NCBI GenBank assembly: GCA_964373695.1
Contig: CAYJVT010000003.1
Span: forward strand, 437 to 64,436
Reading direction: 5' to 3'
DNA: 64,000 nt
From: an uncultured archaeon
GTDB lineage: Archaea; Aenigmatarchaeota; Aenigmatarchaeia; GW2011-AR5
A program made the position numbers and the translations under genes. Shown piece by piece: positions 26,896 through 34,960 of this stretch. The notes beneath the pieces are model-generated. The model saw only the letters and a list, made by a program, of their open reading frames with translations, made no database searches and was not told the origin of the DNA. How positions within the stretch are numbered: the first letter of the stretch is position 1; every line of letters starts with the position of its first letter.

Positions 26896-26995
26896 GGTAT
26901 AGTGCTCCAATGAAATAAAAAGGATATTATATCATTGGGCACTATATGTGAAACAAGCTATAATGTCGGTATTATTTTCTTGTTTCACTATACAT
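26896..26995. repeat. AT-rich palindromic-motif element, copy A (about 100 bp), inverted relative to copy B at 55140..55330
   Basis: The reverse complement of this segment matches 55140..55330 nearly base for base, apart from an internal roughly 95-bp tandem expansion in B. It contains three CACTATAGTG-like motifs. It lies in the divergent rps27e/rpl7ae promoter region. Confidence 0.75.
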
Positions 26996-27010
26996 TAGAG
27001 GTGCAAACCT

Positions 27011-27319
27011 ATGACAAAAACTGAAGACATTCTAGAAATAATAGAGGCTGCAAGGGAAACAGGGAAGATAAGAAAGGGCGTGAACGAGGCCACGAAGGCC
27101 GTCGAAAGGGGCATCGCAAAGCTCGTGGTGGTCGCCGAGGACGTCGACCCGAAGGAAATCGTGATGCATCTGCCGCCCCTCTGCGAGGAGAAGAAGATAC
27201 CTTTCCACAAGGTCCCCACCAAGAACGAGCTTGGGCGAGCAGCAGGCCTTGACGTTTCATCGGCAGCCATAGCGGTTGTCGATGCCGGAGAGGCGAAGAA
27301 GAAGCTGTCTGAGTTGTGA
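27011..27319 (+). CDS. rpl7ae: 50S ribosomal protein L7Ae (eL8), also a C/D and H/ACA snoRNP protein
   Basis: [30 protein letters not shown] conserved K-turn-binding core. Confidence 0.9.
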   Translation: MTKTEDILEIIEAARETGKIRKGVNEATKAVERGIAKLVVVAEDVDPKEIVMHLPPLCEEKKIPFHKVPTKNELGRAAGLDVSSAAIAVVDAGEAKKKLSEL

Positions 27320-27322
27320 TTC

Positions 27323-27533
27323 AATGCCGGACGACGTAACGCCAGCCGAAATCATAGCGCTCATGGGAAGAGCAGGAACCAAGGGGGTAAACCGCGTGAA
27401 GTGCAGGGTCGTTGACGGCCGCGACAAAGGAAAGATACTCACGAGGAACATAATGGGCCCGGTAAGGATAGGCGACGTCGTCATGCTGAGGGAGACCGAG
27501 ATGGATTCTTCGAGCAGCTATGGAAGGCGGTAA
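27323..27533 (+). CDS. rps28e: 30S ribosomal protein S28e (eS28)
   Basis: VTPAEIIALMGRAGTKGVNRVKCRVVDGRDKGKILTRNIMGPVRIGDVVMLRETE is the S28e OB-fold signature. Start at the internal Met. Confidence 0.85.
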
Positions 27534-27536
27534 ACG

Positions 27537-27695
27537 ATGAAATGCTCATTCTGCTCCAGGGACATAGAGACCGGGACCGGAAAGTCCCTCATACAGAACA
27601 ACGGCAAGGTGCTTAATTTCTGCTCGAACAAGTGCGAGAAGAACAGAGTGAAGCTCAACAGGGATCCTAGGAACTTCAAGTGGGCTAGGAATTAA
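27537..27695 (+). CDS. rpl24e: 50S ribosomal protein L24e (eL24), 52 aa; absent from ORF track
   Basis: MKCSFCSRDIETGTGKSLIQNNGKVLNFCSNKCEKNRVKLNRDPRNFKWARN with a C4 zinc ribbon. Canonical position after rps28e. Confidence 0.8.
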   Translation: MKCSFCSRDIETGTGKSLIQNNGKVLNFCSNKCEKNRVKLNRDPRNFKWARN

Positions 27696-28161
27696 TCTTC
27701 ATTATAGCCCTTATCAGGTCCTTCTTGGTGACGATTCCTACAAGGCGGCCCCTGGAGACGACAGGCAGCCTGTCTATGGAGTTCTTGTTTATCAGCTTCG
27801 CGGCCTCGTAGATGCTCTTTTCCTCGTCCACTGTCACGACCTTCCTGCTCATTATGTCCTTCACCTTCTTGCCGCGGACCTTCCTCACGGCATCCCTCGA
27901 GACGTCGGCGTCCTTCAAAAGCTTCCTGACAGCCGCGGCGTCCGAAGCGTCGTTTATTCTCGAGAACACGTCGAGGCTCCTTATGATATCTGACTGGGTC
28001 ACGATGCCGACGACCCTGCCGCTGGACACGACCGGCATCCCTGTTATGTTCCTGGATGAAAGCTTCCTCACGGCGTCGCCGAAACTTTCCTCCGGCCTTG
28101 CGGAAACGACTTTCCTCGACATTATGTCTCCGATTTTCATAGAAGACAAATGGGCATCCAT
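27685..28161 (-). CDS. CBS-domain pair protein
   Basis: Two CBS repeats (IMSRKVV...GMPVV...GIVTQSDIIRSL, repeated). Confidence 0.75.
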   Translation of the reverse strand: MDAHLSSMKIGDIMSRKVVSARPEESFGDAVRKLSSRNITGMPVVSSGRVVGIVTQSDIIRSLDVFSRINDASDAAAVRKLLKDADVSRDAVRKVRGKKVKDIMSRKVVTVDEEKSIYEAAKLINKNSIDRLPVVSRGRLVGIVTKKDLIRAIMKINS

Positions 28162-28261
28162 GAATAAGAAGTTTCCTGCCTGTGTGTAAAGCCTTTTAAT
28201 CCTTTATATCCAAGAATTACCCTGCAAGGCTAGCCGAAAGGCGTCGAACCTTGGTGGTATA

Positions 28262-28735
28262 ATGGCTGAAACAAGAAAGATAATCAGGCTTCTGTCCACT
28301 GACATAGACGGAAACCTAGGCCTCCAGAGGGCCATGCGCAAGATAAAGGGCGTAAGCTTCATGTTCTCAAGAAATACATGCGTATCCCTCGGGCTTGACG
28401 GGAAGAGGAAGATAGGCACGCTAAACGACGAGGAGCTGAAACGCATAGAATCATTCGTAAAGAGCCCCACATTCCCGCAATGGATGCTGAACAGGAGAAA
28501 GGACTGCGAGACTGGCAAGGACCTTCACGTTGTCATGTCGGACCTGGAGCTGAAGAAAAGGGAGGACATAAACCTGCTGAGAAGGATAAAATCCTACAAG
28601 GGCGTGAGGCACGAGCTGGGCCAGCCGGTCAGGGGGCAGCGCACCCGAAGCTCCTTCAGGACGCAGAAAACGGTAGGCGTCTCCAAGAAAAGCCTGCGCT
28701 CAGCAGCCAAGGCGGCGCCGGCGGAGAAGAAGTGA
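28262..28735 (+). CDS. rps13: 30S ribosomal protein S13 (uS13)
   Basis: IRLLSTDIDGNLGLQRAMRKIKGVSFMFS conserved N-terminus and basic tail. Confidence 0.9.
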   Translation: MAETRKIIRLLSTDIDGNLGLQRAMRKIKGVSFMFSRNTCVSLGLDGKRKIGTLNDEELKRIESFVKSPTFPQWMLNRRKDCETGKDLHVVMSDLELKKREDINLLRRIKSYKGVRHELGQPVRGQRTRSSFRTQKTVGVSKKSLRSAAKAAPAEKK

Positions 28736-28741
28736 TAATTT

Positions 28742-29233
28742 ATGGGACACCCGAAAAAGCAGCGGAAGAAGTATGACAGCCCCATGAAGCCTTACGACAA
28801 GGCCCGCATAGAGAAAGAGAGGGCCGTGAAGGACAACTTCGGCCTCCGCAGGAAGAAGGAGATATGGCAGGCGGAGAGTATACTTAGGAGCTTCAGACAG
28901 CGCGCAAGGGCGCTCCAGGACAACAGGAACGAGAAGGACGAGGCGACACTCCTCAGGACGCTAAGAAATATGGGGATAAAATGCGACAACCTGGAAAATG
29001 TCCTCGAAATCGGCCTTGACGACATACTTTCCAGGAGGCTCCAGACCATAGTCCACAAGAATGGCCTCGCCAACACGATGAAGCAGTCCAGGCAGCTTGT
29101 CGTTCATGGCCATGTATCGGTCGGCGGAAGAAAAATCATGTATCCCAGTTACATAGTCTCGGGCGACGAAGAGGACAAGATAACGATGGACAAGAAGATA
29201 AAACTGCAGAGCGAGGAGAAGAAAGATGCCTAG
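28742..29233 (+). CDS. rps4: 30S ribosomal protein S4 (uS4)
   Basis: [20 protein letters not shown]-terminus and S4 domain ([33 protein letters not shown]). Confidence 0.9.
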   Translation: MGHPKKQRKKYDSPMKPYDKARIEKERAVKDNFGLRRKKEIWQAESILRSFRQRARALQDNRNEKDEATLLRTLRNMGIKCDNLENVLEIGLDDILSRRLQTIVHKNGLANTMKQSRQLVVHGHVSVGGRKIMYPSYIVSGDEEDKITMDKKIKLQSEEKKDA

Positions 29234-29615
29234 GGAAAAGTGGGGAATAGCATATATTTACTCGTCTATAAACAACACAATAATCCACATAACGGACGTG
29301 ACAGGCGCGGAGACGATAGCGATAGCGAGCGGCGGCCAGGTCACAGACAGGGACATGGACAAGGGCAAGCCGTTCACCGCGATGAGGGCCTCCAGGAAGG
29401 CCGCGGAGAAGGCCATAGCCTATGGAATTACCAATCTTCACATAAGGATACGCGCCCCTGGAGGCAACAAGTCCAGGATACCGGGCCAGGGCGCGCAGCC
29501 TGCGATAAGGGCCCTAGCAAGGGCCGGGTTTCGCATAGGCCAGATAGAGGACATAACTCCGGTGAGCCACGATTCATCCAGGAAGAAGGGAGGAAGGCGC
29601 GGCCGCAGGGTGTAG
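29226..29615 (+). CDS. rps11: 30S ribosomal protein S11 (uS11)
   Basis: [29 protein letters not shown] conserved core. Confidence 0.9.
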   Translation: MPREKWGIAYIYSSINNTIIHITDVTGAETIAIASGGQVTDRDMDKGKPFTAMRASRKAAEKAIAYGITNLHIRIRAPGGNKSRIPGQGAQPAIRALARAGFRIGQIEDITPVSHDSSRKKGGRRGRRV

Positions 29616-29616
29616 G

Positions 29617-30420
29617 GTGATAATGATGAAACTCAAGATAATCGAGAAAGACGGCACTAAAATGAAGTTTTCTTTAGAGGATGCCTCGCCGGCGTTCGCC
29701 AACGCCCTGAGGAGGATAATGATAAACGAGCTACCGACGCTCGCCGTGGAAACGGTCGACGTGGAGGAGAACGGCTCCGGGATGTTCGACGAGATGCTGG
29801 CGCACAGGCTCGGCCTCGTGCCGCTTACAATACCGAAGAAGTTCAGCTTCAGGGAAGAGTGCAAATGCGACGGCAAGGGATGCAGCATGTGCCAGGTCAC
29901 CCTTGTGGCCGAGAAGCAGGGGCCGTGCATCGTATACGCGAGCGACATGAAGTCCACGAACGACGACGTCAGGGCAGTGGACGGCGACATACCCATAGCC
30001 GAGCTCCTTGACGGCCAGAGGCTCAAGTTCGAGGCCATAGCGCAGCTTGGCTACGGCAAGAACCACATGAAGTGGCAGGCTGCGACAGCCGGATACAGGT
30101 GCGTGGCGAACGTGAAGATATATCCCGAGCGGGACAAGGACGTTGAAGGATATACTATTGATGTATGCCCCAAGAACGTCTTTGACAGGAAGGAAGGCGG
30201 CGTAAAGGTCGCCAGGCCCGAGGACTGCAACCTTTGCATGAGGTGCGTCGAGGTGGCAAAGGACAACGCTGCCATCGTCACATCTGACGAGAACAGCTTC
30301 ATATTCAGGGTAGAGAGCGTTTCAGGACTTTCGGCGGATGATGTGCTGGCGAAGGCGATAGACGAAATAGAGAGGCGCGCGGAGGACTTCGCCTCAAGCT
30401 TCAGGAAGGCTGTTAAATGA
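29617..30420 (+). CDS. rpoD: DNA-directed RNA polymerase subunit D (Rpb3 homolog)
   Basis: FANALRRIMINELPTLAVETVDVEENGSGMFDEMLAHRLGLVPL dimerisation domain plus a 4Fe-4S-type Cys cluster (CKCDGKGCSMCQV; CNLCMRCVEV). Confidence 0.9.
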   Translation: MIMMKLKIIEKDGTKMKFSLEDASPAFANALRRIMINELPTLAVETVDVEENGSGMFDEMLAHRLGLVPLTIPKKFSFREECKCDGKGCSMCQVTLVAEKQGPCIVYASDMKSTNDDVRAVDGDIPIAELLDGQRLKFEAIAQLGYGKNHMKWQAATAGYRCVANVKIYPERDKDVEGYTIDVCPKNVFDRKEGGVKVARPEDCNLCMRCVEVAKDNAAIVTSDENSFIFRVESVSGLSADDVLAKAIDEIERRAEDFASSFRKAVK

Positions 30421-30461
30421 CAGATTTAATAGTCAAAAAAATAAGATAACACTAAGTCATT

Positions 30462-30600
30462 GCGGGGGTACCCAAGTCTGGTCAAAGGGGCAGGAGACAA
30501 CGAGATAAATGGGCTCGTCGTCCGCCAAACTTAAGACAAGACTTGGAATAAGAAATCCTGTGGCTTAGTGTCTACGAGAGTTCGAATCTCTCCCCCCGCA
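30462..30600 (+). tRNA. Class II tRNA (probably Leu) with about 53 nt of intronic sequence at non-canonical position(s) in the anticodon arm
   Basis: Acceptor GCGGGGG/CCCCCGC with discriminator A. D-arm CCC-AAGTCTGGTCAAAG-GGG and T-arm GAGAG-TTCGAAT-CTCTC. Anticodon stem CAGGA/TCCTG encloses 60 nt, so the mature length is about 86 nt. An internal CTTAAGA would give anticodon UAA if two splice sites are used. The anticodon is unresolved by eye. Confidence 0.65.
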
Positions 30601-30623
30601 CTGATTTCCTTTCAGGAAATCAG
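30601..30623 (+). other. 9-bp-stem hairpin immediately 3-prime of the tRNA (CTGATTTCC-TTTCA-GGAAATCAG)
   Basis: Perfect inverted repeat starting at the first base after the discriminator. Candidate processing or termination structure. Confidence 0.4.
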
Positions 30624-30631
30624 GAGCCCCC

Positions 30632-30667
30632 CCATCAAACCAGTAGGCCCCATCAAACCAGTAGGCC
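30632..30667. repeat. Tandem duplication 2 x 18 bp (CCATCAAACCAGTAGGCC) upstream of rpl18e
   Basis: Two perfect adjacent copies ending 8 nt before the rpl18e ATG. Confidence 0.6.
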
Positions 30668-30674
30668 CAGTAAA

Positions 30675-31022
30675 GTGATAATCATGCCAAAACCAACAGG
30701 TCCGATGAATCCGGAGGCAACAGGCATCATAGCCGAGATGAAGAGAAAGAAGGCGTATCCAGACGTGGCCAGGCATCTTTCCAGGCCGAGAAGGGCGAAG
30801 GAAGGCGTCAACGTCGGGAAGATAAACAGGACGTCGGCCAGCGGCGAAACAGTCATAATACCGCATGCATGCCTTGGCGAAGGCGTGCTCGACAAGAAGG
30901 TCACCGTATACGCCATGAAGTTCAGCGCGTCTGCCAGGCGGAAGATAGAGGAGAATGGCGGCAAATGCCTGCCCCTGTCGCAGCTCATGAAGGACGGCGC
31001 AAAAGGAAGGATATTGATATGA
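30675..31022 (+). CDS. rpl18e: 50S ribosomal protein L18e (eL18)
   Basis: VNVGKINRTSASGETVIIPHACLGEGVLDKKVTVYAMKFSASARRKIEENGGK matches L18e. Canonical position after rpoD. Confidence 0.8.
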   Translation: MIIMPKPTGPMNPEATGIIAEMKRKKAYPDVARHLSRPRRAKEGVNVGKINRTSASGETVIIPHACLGEGVLDKKVTVYAMKFSASARRKIEENGGKCLPLSQLMKDGAKGRILI

Positions 31023-31414
31023 AGACGATAGACGGCTCGAATTCGATAATGGGAAGGCTTGCCTCAATGACGGCCAAGCAGCTCCTCAGGGGGGAGAAGA
31101 TATGCATAGTAAACGCCGAAAAGGTTATAATAACAGGCGACAGGAAGCAGATAATGAATGACTACCTGGAAAGGAGACGAAGAGGTTCGCCCCACCACGG
31201 CCCGTTCTTCCCGACAAGACCAGAGGCCATAGTCAGGAGATGCATCAGAGGCATGCTCCCATACAAGACCAACAGGGGAAGGGCGGCTTTCAAGAACCTC
31301 ACGGTCTCAATAGGGCACGACGGCAGCAGCGCTGAAAGGATGGCGCAGAAAACCGTGAAGACCAGCTACGTGACGGTAGGCGACGTCGCGAAAATCCTTG
31401 GATGGAGAAAGTGA
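31019..31414 (+). CDS. rpl13: 50S ribosomal protein L13 (uL13)
   Basis: MKTIDGSNSIMGRLASMTAKQLLRGEKICIVNAEKVIITG. The start ATG overlaps the rpl18e stop (ATGA). Confidence 0.9.
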   Translation: MKTIDGSNSIMGRLASMTAKQLLRGEKICIVNAEKVIITGDRKQIMNDYLERRRRGSPHHGPFFPTRPEAIVRRCIRGMLPYKTNRGRAAFKNLTVSIGHDGSSAERMAQKTVKTSYVTVGDVAKILGWRK

Positions 31415-31851
31415 TATTTATGGAACAGGAGCCCGTGAAAAAGAAAAAGAAGATGCTCATAGCGACGGGCAAGAGAAAGAAGGCGATAGCGCGGGCCATC
31501 ATAACAGAGGGCACCGGAAAGTTCACCGTCAACAAAAAGCCTATTGAGAGCATAGACTCTAGATACAGGAAGCTCAGGATAAAGGAGCCCATACTGATAG
31601 CCGGCGAGCTCGCGAACGGCGTCGACGTCTCGGTGAGCGTGAAGGGCGGCGGCACATGGGGCCAGACGGACGCCTGCCGCACCGCGATAGCCAACGCGCT
31701 CGTTTCGTGGAGCAAGAGCGACACCCTCAAATATGCTTACACAGACTACGACAGGTCGCTCCTTGTATCAGACTCCAGAAGGACAGAGCCCCACAAGCCT
31801 TCGAGGTCTACTGCAGGCCCCAGAAGGAGCAAGCAGCAGTCGAAGAGGTAA
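31402..31851 (+). CDS. rps9: 30S ribosomal protein S9 (uS9)
   Basis: ATGKRKKAIARAIITEGTGKFTVNKKPIE conserved block. The true start is probably the internal Met (MLIATGKRK). Confidence 0.9.
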   Translation: MEKVIFMEQEPVKKKKKMLIATGKRKKAIARAIITEGTGKFTVNKKPIESIDSRYRKLRIKEPILIAGELANGVDVSVSVKGGGTWGQTDACRTAIANALVSWSKSDTLKYAYTDYDRSLLVSDSRRTEPHKPSRSTAGPRRSKQQSKR

Positions 31852-31865
31852 GAAGAGGAGATAAG

Positions 31866-32048
31866 ATGAACTGCCCGGTATGCCAGAAGAGATTATACGT
31901 GAAAGAGATGCACGGCGTCATTGTTGACGTGTGCGACGAGCACGGCATGTGGCTGGACAGGGGTGAGCTCGAGAAAGTCCACTCCCATGCGAAGGAGCAC
32001 GGCTTTGCGGAGGGCTTTGTTGACAGCCTGTCGCACGACTACCACTGA
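31866..32048 (+). CDS. Small zinc-ribbon protein (zf-TFIIB-like; CPxC...CxxHG.WLDxGEL), 60 aa
   Basis: MNCPVCQKRLYVKEMHGVIVDVCDEHGMWLDRGELEKVHSHAKEHGF... Inserted between rps9 and rpoN in the conserved cluster. Confidence 0.5.
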   Translation: MNCPVCQKRLYVKEMHGVIVDVCDEHGMWLDRGELEKVHSHAKEHGFAEGFVDSLSHDYH

Positions 32049-32090
32049 ATGGTTTTTTATATTTGACCAAAAAATCATATGTGAAGCAAA

Positions 32091-32285
32091 ATGATAATCC
32101 CAATCCGATGCATAAGTTGTGGCAAGCCCGTTGGAGGGCTTTACGAGAAGTTCAAGCAGCGCACAACAAACGGCGAGAACCCGGCCAAAGTCATGGACGA
32201 GCTTGGCCTCGAGAGGTACTGCTGCAGGGCGCTGTTCCTGACGCATGTCAACGTCCTGGGCAAGATAGGCAAGTTCAGGGTCTGA
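32091..32285 (+). CDS. rpoN: DNA-directed RNA polymerase subunit N (Rpb10 homolog)
   Basis: MIIPIRCISCGKPVGGLYEKF...RYCCRALFLTHV is the RpoN zinc-bundle signature. Confidence 0.85.
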   Translation: MIIPIRCISCGKPVGGLYEKFKQRTTNGENPAKVMDELGLERYCCRALFLTHVNVLGKIGKFRV

Positions 32286-32333
32286 TGAATAAAGATTTTA
32301 ACCTATGCAGGTTAAGTTCCTCTTTAACATCTG

Positions 32334-32378
32334 CAGAAAGCTTTGCTTTCTGAGGTCTTGAAGGAATTATATTCCTTC
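32334..32378 (+). terminator. Two consecutive perfect hairpins downstream of rpoN
   Basis: CAGAAAGC-TTT-GCTTTCTG at 32334..32352 and GAAGGAAT-TAT-ATTCCTTC at 32360..32378. A third smaller hairpin lies at 32300..32313. Confidence 0.35.
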
Positions 32379-32451
32379 AAAGATATATGTTGTGCTTATC
32401 AAAAGGCGCTTAAAGGGCTACTTTTAAAAGCGGCGCCGGCAAGTATTAACC

Positions 32452-33201
32452 GTGATTCATATGGTGGCAATACCAAATAGACTTGCGGACGAGCTTTTCC
32501 GCGAAAGCGCGCTAAGGCAGGCGCCTGAAATCAGAAGATACCTTCCTATTTCCCTCTACATGCCTGGAATAATCACGTCCCCAGACATGCCGGACGATAC
32601 CGTGCACCAGATAAGGGGAGCTTATCACAGGGTTAGACAAAGGCCAAGAATAGGCATGTATGAAACCGTGGACGGAACCGTGCCTGTCGAGCTCGACCCG
32701 TCGAATTCGCCCTACCTCGGAGTAACGGAGTTTGAACGTTACAATGGAAGAGCCAGGCCAAAAAGGATAGGAATAAACAGAAAGGTCAGGGGCAGGAAGG
32801 CCGGAAGGGTAGCGGAACACGAGCTTATGCATGCTGTATCAACGCCTCTCCTTGATTACATGGACGTAGGCCATCACACCAGGACGCTTATCATGGAGTC
32901 GTATGCGGAGTTCGGAGGCATCAAGGCCGACCCGCGCGGAAAAGGGGAGATATTGACTACAACTCCGTACACACCCTCGGTGAAATTCGGGATGTACGTC
33001 GACAAATTCTACAGGAGCACGGACGGCGCGAGCGGGTATGAGGCCTTCATAAGGGACATACAAAGGAACAGGTCCGCGAGGCGCACGCTCCAGCATCTGG
33101 GAAGCAACATAAAGGAAGCCATGGCAAGAGGCGAAGACCCCATAAGGGCCACTGAAAAAGATTACCAGAGGGAAATGGCTGCCGTAAGAAAGGCAGCTTA
33201 A
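32452..33201 (+). CDS. Hypothetical protein with HExxH motif (putative zinc-dependent hydrolase), 249 aa
   Basis: AEHELMHAVSTPLLDYMDVGHH resembles zincin HExxH plus a downstream His. No other family assignment was possible. Confidence 0.4.
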   Translation: MIHMVAIPNRLADELFRESALRQAPEIRRYLPISLYMPGIITSPDMPDDTVHQIRGAYHRVRQRPRIGMYETVDGTVPVELDPSNSPYLGVTEFERYNGRARPKRIGINRKVRGRKAGRVAEHELMHAVSTPLLDYMDVGHHTRTLIMESYAEFGGIKADPRGKGEILTTTPYTPSVKFGMYVDKFYRSTDGASGYEAFIRDIQRNRSARRTLQHLGSNIKEAMARGEDPIRATEKDYQREMAAVRKAA

Positions 33202-33404
33202 GATATTACGACCCTGTTCTTGCCCTTGAATCCCGAGCCTATCTTGCTCTCGCCTGGAATATGGCCTTCCTGCAGCATGCTCATCTCCTTCATCTTGTGG
33301 AGGTGCGTCTTGGTGTGCGCTTTGAGGCTCCTTATGCTCGGAAACGACTTGCTACACCTTATGCATTTTATGCTGAACTTCTTCTTTATGTATTTTCGCG
33401 GCAT
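33198..33404 (-). CDS. Small C2H2 zinc-finger protein (68 aa)
   Basis: CIRCSKSFPSIRSLKAHTKTH is a classical C-x2-C-x12-H-x3-H finger, followed by a basic tail. Start placed at the internal Met so the gene does not overlap rfcL. Confidence 0.45.
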   Translation of the reverse strand: MPRKYIKKKFSIKCIRCSKSFPSIRSLKAHTKTHLHKMKEMSMLQEGHIPGESKIGSGFKGKNRVVIS

Positions 33405-33470
33405 TATGATAATATCCTGTGAAATTATAAGAAAGGAACGTTTCTTATCTGTTCGGGACATTATACTCAG

Positions 33471-34571
33471 ATGCTTCTTGACAAATACAATCCAAAGAGC
33501 ACGAAGGATTTCGTGGGCAACGCCTACGCCCTGCAGGAGATAAGGAAATGGCTGTCCTCGTGGAAAAGGGGCCGCGCCCTCATCGTACACGGCCCGCCTG
33601 GCACGGGGAAAACCATGGCAGTGAGGCTGATAGCGGCCGAGGATGGGTACGAGATCCTGGAGAGCGGGGCCGACGAGGAAAGGAAAGCCGGCGACATGAA
33701 ATCCATAATAGGCTCGTCCATGCAGTACAGTTTTTCAGGGAAGAAAAAACTCATCCTTATCGATGACATGGAACAGCTGGAGTCAAAGAAATCCGTCGCC
33801 GAGCTGGCTGAAAAGAGCCTCTACCCGGTCGTCATGATGGTGGGGGACATATACGAAAAAAGCATGGCCGCCCTGCGGAGGAAGTGCCATCAAATCAGGC
33901 TGTCGAAAGTCAGGTACGACTCCATATCGAAATTCCTCAGGGGAATATGCGAATCCGAAGGCCTGGCTTACGAGCAGCGCGCCCTGGACCAGCTGTCCAG
34001 GATGGCCAATGGCGATGTGAGGGCGGCTTTACTTGACATGGAGCAGATGCGGAAGGCCGACATGGAAAACGTTTCAAGCGTCGGGTACAGGGACGACACC
34101 GACGACATGTTCAGCACCGTCAGGATGGTGTTCAAGGCAAATTCAATCGAAGCGGCTACTGCCGCCCTGAGGAGATGCAGCGAGCCCGATGCAGCGCTGG
34201 CATGGCTGGAGGAGAACGCCGCATCCGAATACGACGCGCCGGGCCTGGCCGGAGCCATGCATTTCATTTCCAAGGCGGACATAATGAATTCCAGGATAAT
34301 CGCGAGACAAAGCTGGAACCTGAAGAAATATTCTTATGCGTTCGCTTTCAGCGGCGTCGCCCTCAGCAAGGCCGGGCCAGGCGCCGCATTCACGAGATAC
34401 AGGGCGCCTAGATTCTTCCCACGAAGGAGTCCGGATGCCATGCGGAAGATATCGCCTATGCTCCACATGTCCGCGTGGAAGCTTTCCGGCGAAATGCATT
34501 ACATGAGGAAGCTCCTGAAGAACTCATCGAGCGAGCTCGGCCTGACGAAGGAAGAGATTCGAGGGCTCTAG
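33471..34571 (+). CDS. rfcL: Replication factor C large subunit (short form)
   Basis: LLDKYNPKSTKDFVGNAYALQEIRKWL...ALIVHGPPGTGKT AAA+ clamp-loader N-terminus, DExx box (LILIDDMEQ) and sensor-2 helical domain. Confidence 0.75.
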   Translation: MLLDKYNPKSTKDFVGNAYALQEIRKWLSSWKRGRALIVHGPPGTGKTMAVRLIAAEDGYEILESGADEERKAGDMKSIIGSSMQYSFSGKKKLILIDDMEQLESKKSVAELAEKSLYPVVMMVGDIYEKSMAALRRKCHQIRLSKVRYDSISKFLRGICESEGLAYEQRALDQLSRMANGDVRAALLDMEQMRKADMENVSSVGYRDDTDDMFSTVRMVFKANSIEAATAALRRCSEPDAALAWLEENAASEYDAPGLAGAMHFISKADIMNSRIIARQSWNLKKYSYAFAFSGVALSKAGPGAAFTRYRAPRFFPRRSPDAMRKISPMLHMSAWKLSGEMHYMRKLLKNSSSELGLTKEEIRGL

Positions 34572-34960
34572 ATTATCCCTGGTATGAGCTCGTTGGGGTC
34601 GACGTTCTGGTAGAACATCCCCTTCTCCGAAGCTATCATGAGCCCCACGTCGTTGACGTCGCACCCGCTTATGGTGTAGTTCATGAAGAAGAAATATCCC
34701 CTCGACTCCGCGAACATACGCGAGAAATGCTCGAACTCCCTCATGTTCCTCTCCATGTCGCCGCATTCCGCTTCGACGTTTCCTATCTGCTCGAGGATGT
34801 TACCGAAATAGAAATATTCGTTCCTGCGCCCGACATCCGATGAGTCTATGCCGAACGACACGCGCAGCATGGAAGATATGACCACGAAAACACCGCTTAT
34901 AATCACGGCCGATATTATGAACCACTGCCCTTTCTTACCCGATCGAGATGAGCTGCGCAT
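34568..34960 (-). CDS. Type IV pilin-like protein with class III signal peptide
   Basis: N-terminus MRSSSRSGKKGQ followed by WFIISAVIISGVFVVISSML, the charged-KGQ-hydrophobic pattern processed by prepilin peptidases. Start chosen at the internal Met. Confidence 0.45.
   Translation of the reverse strand: MRSSSRSGKKGQWFIISAVIISGVFVVISSMLRVSFGIDSSDVGRRNEYFYFGNILEQIGNVEAECGDMERNMREFEHFSRMFAESRGYFFFMNYTISGCDVNDVGLMIASEKGMFYQNVDPNELIPGII

Noticed and set aside
30869-31414. 181-aa reading of L13 with a 50-codon N-terminal extension
   Set aside because: The extension overlaps rpl18e in another frame. The conserved L13 N-terminus begins at the internal ATG 31019, which overlaps the rpl18e stop.
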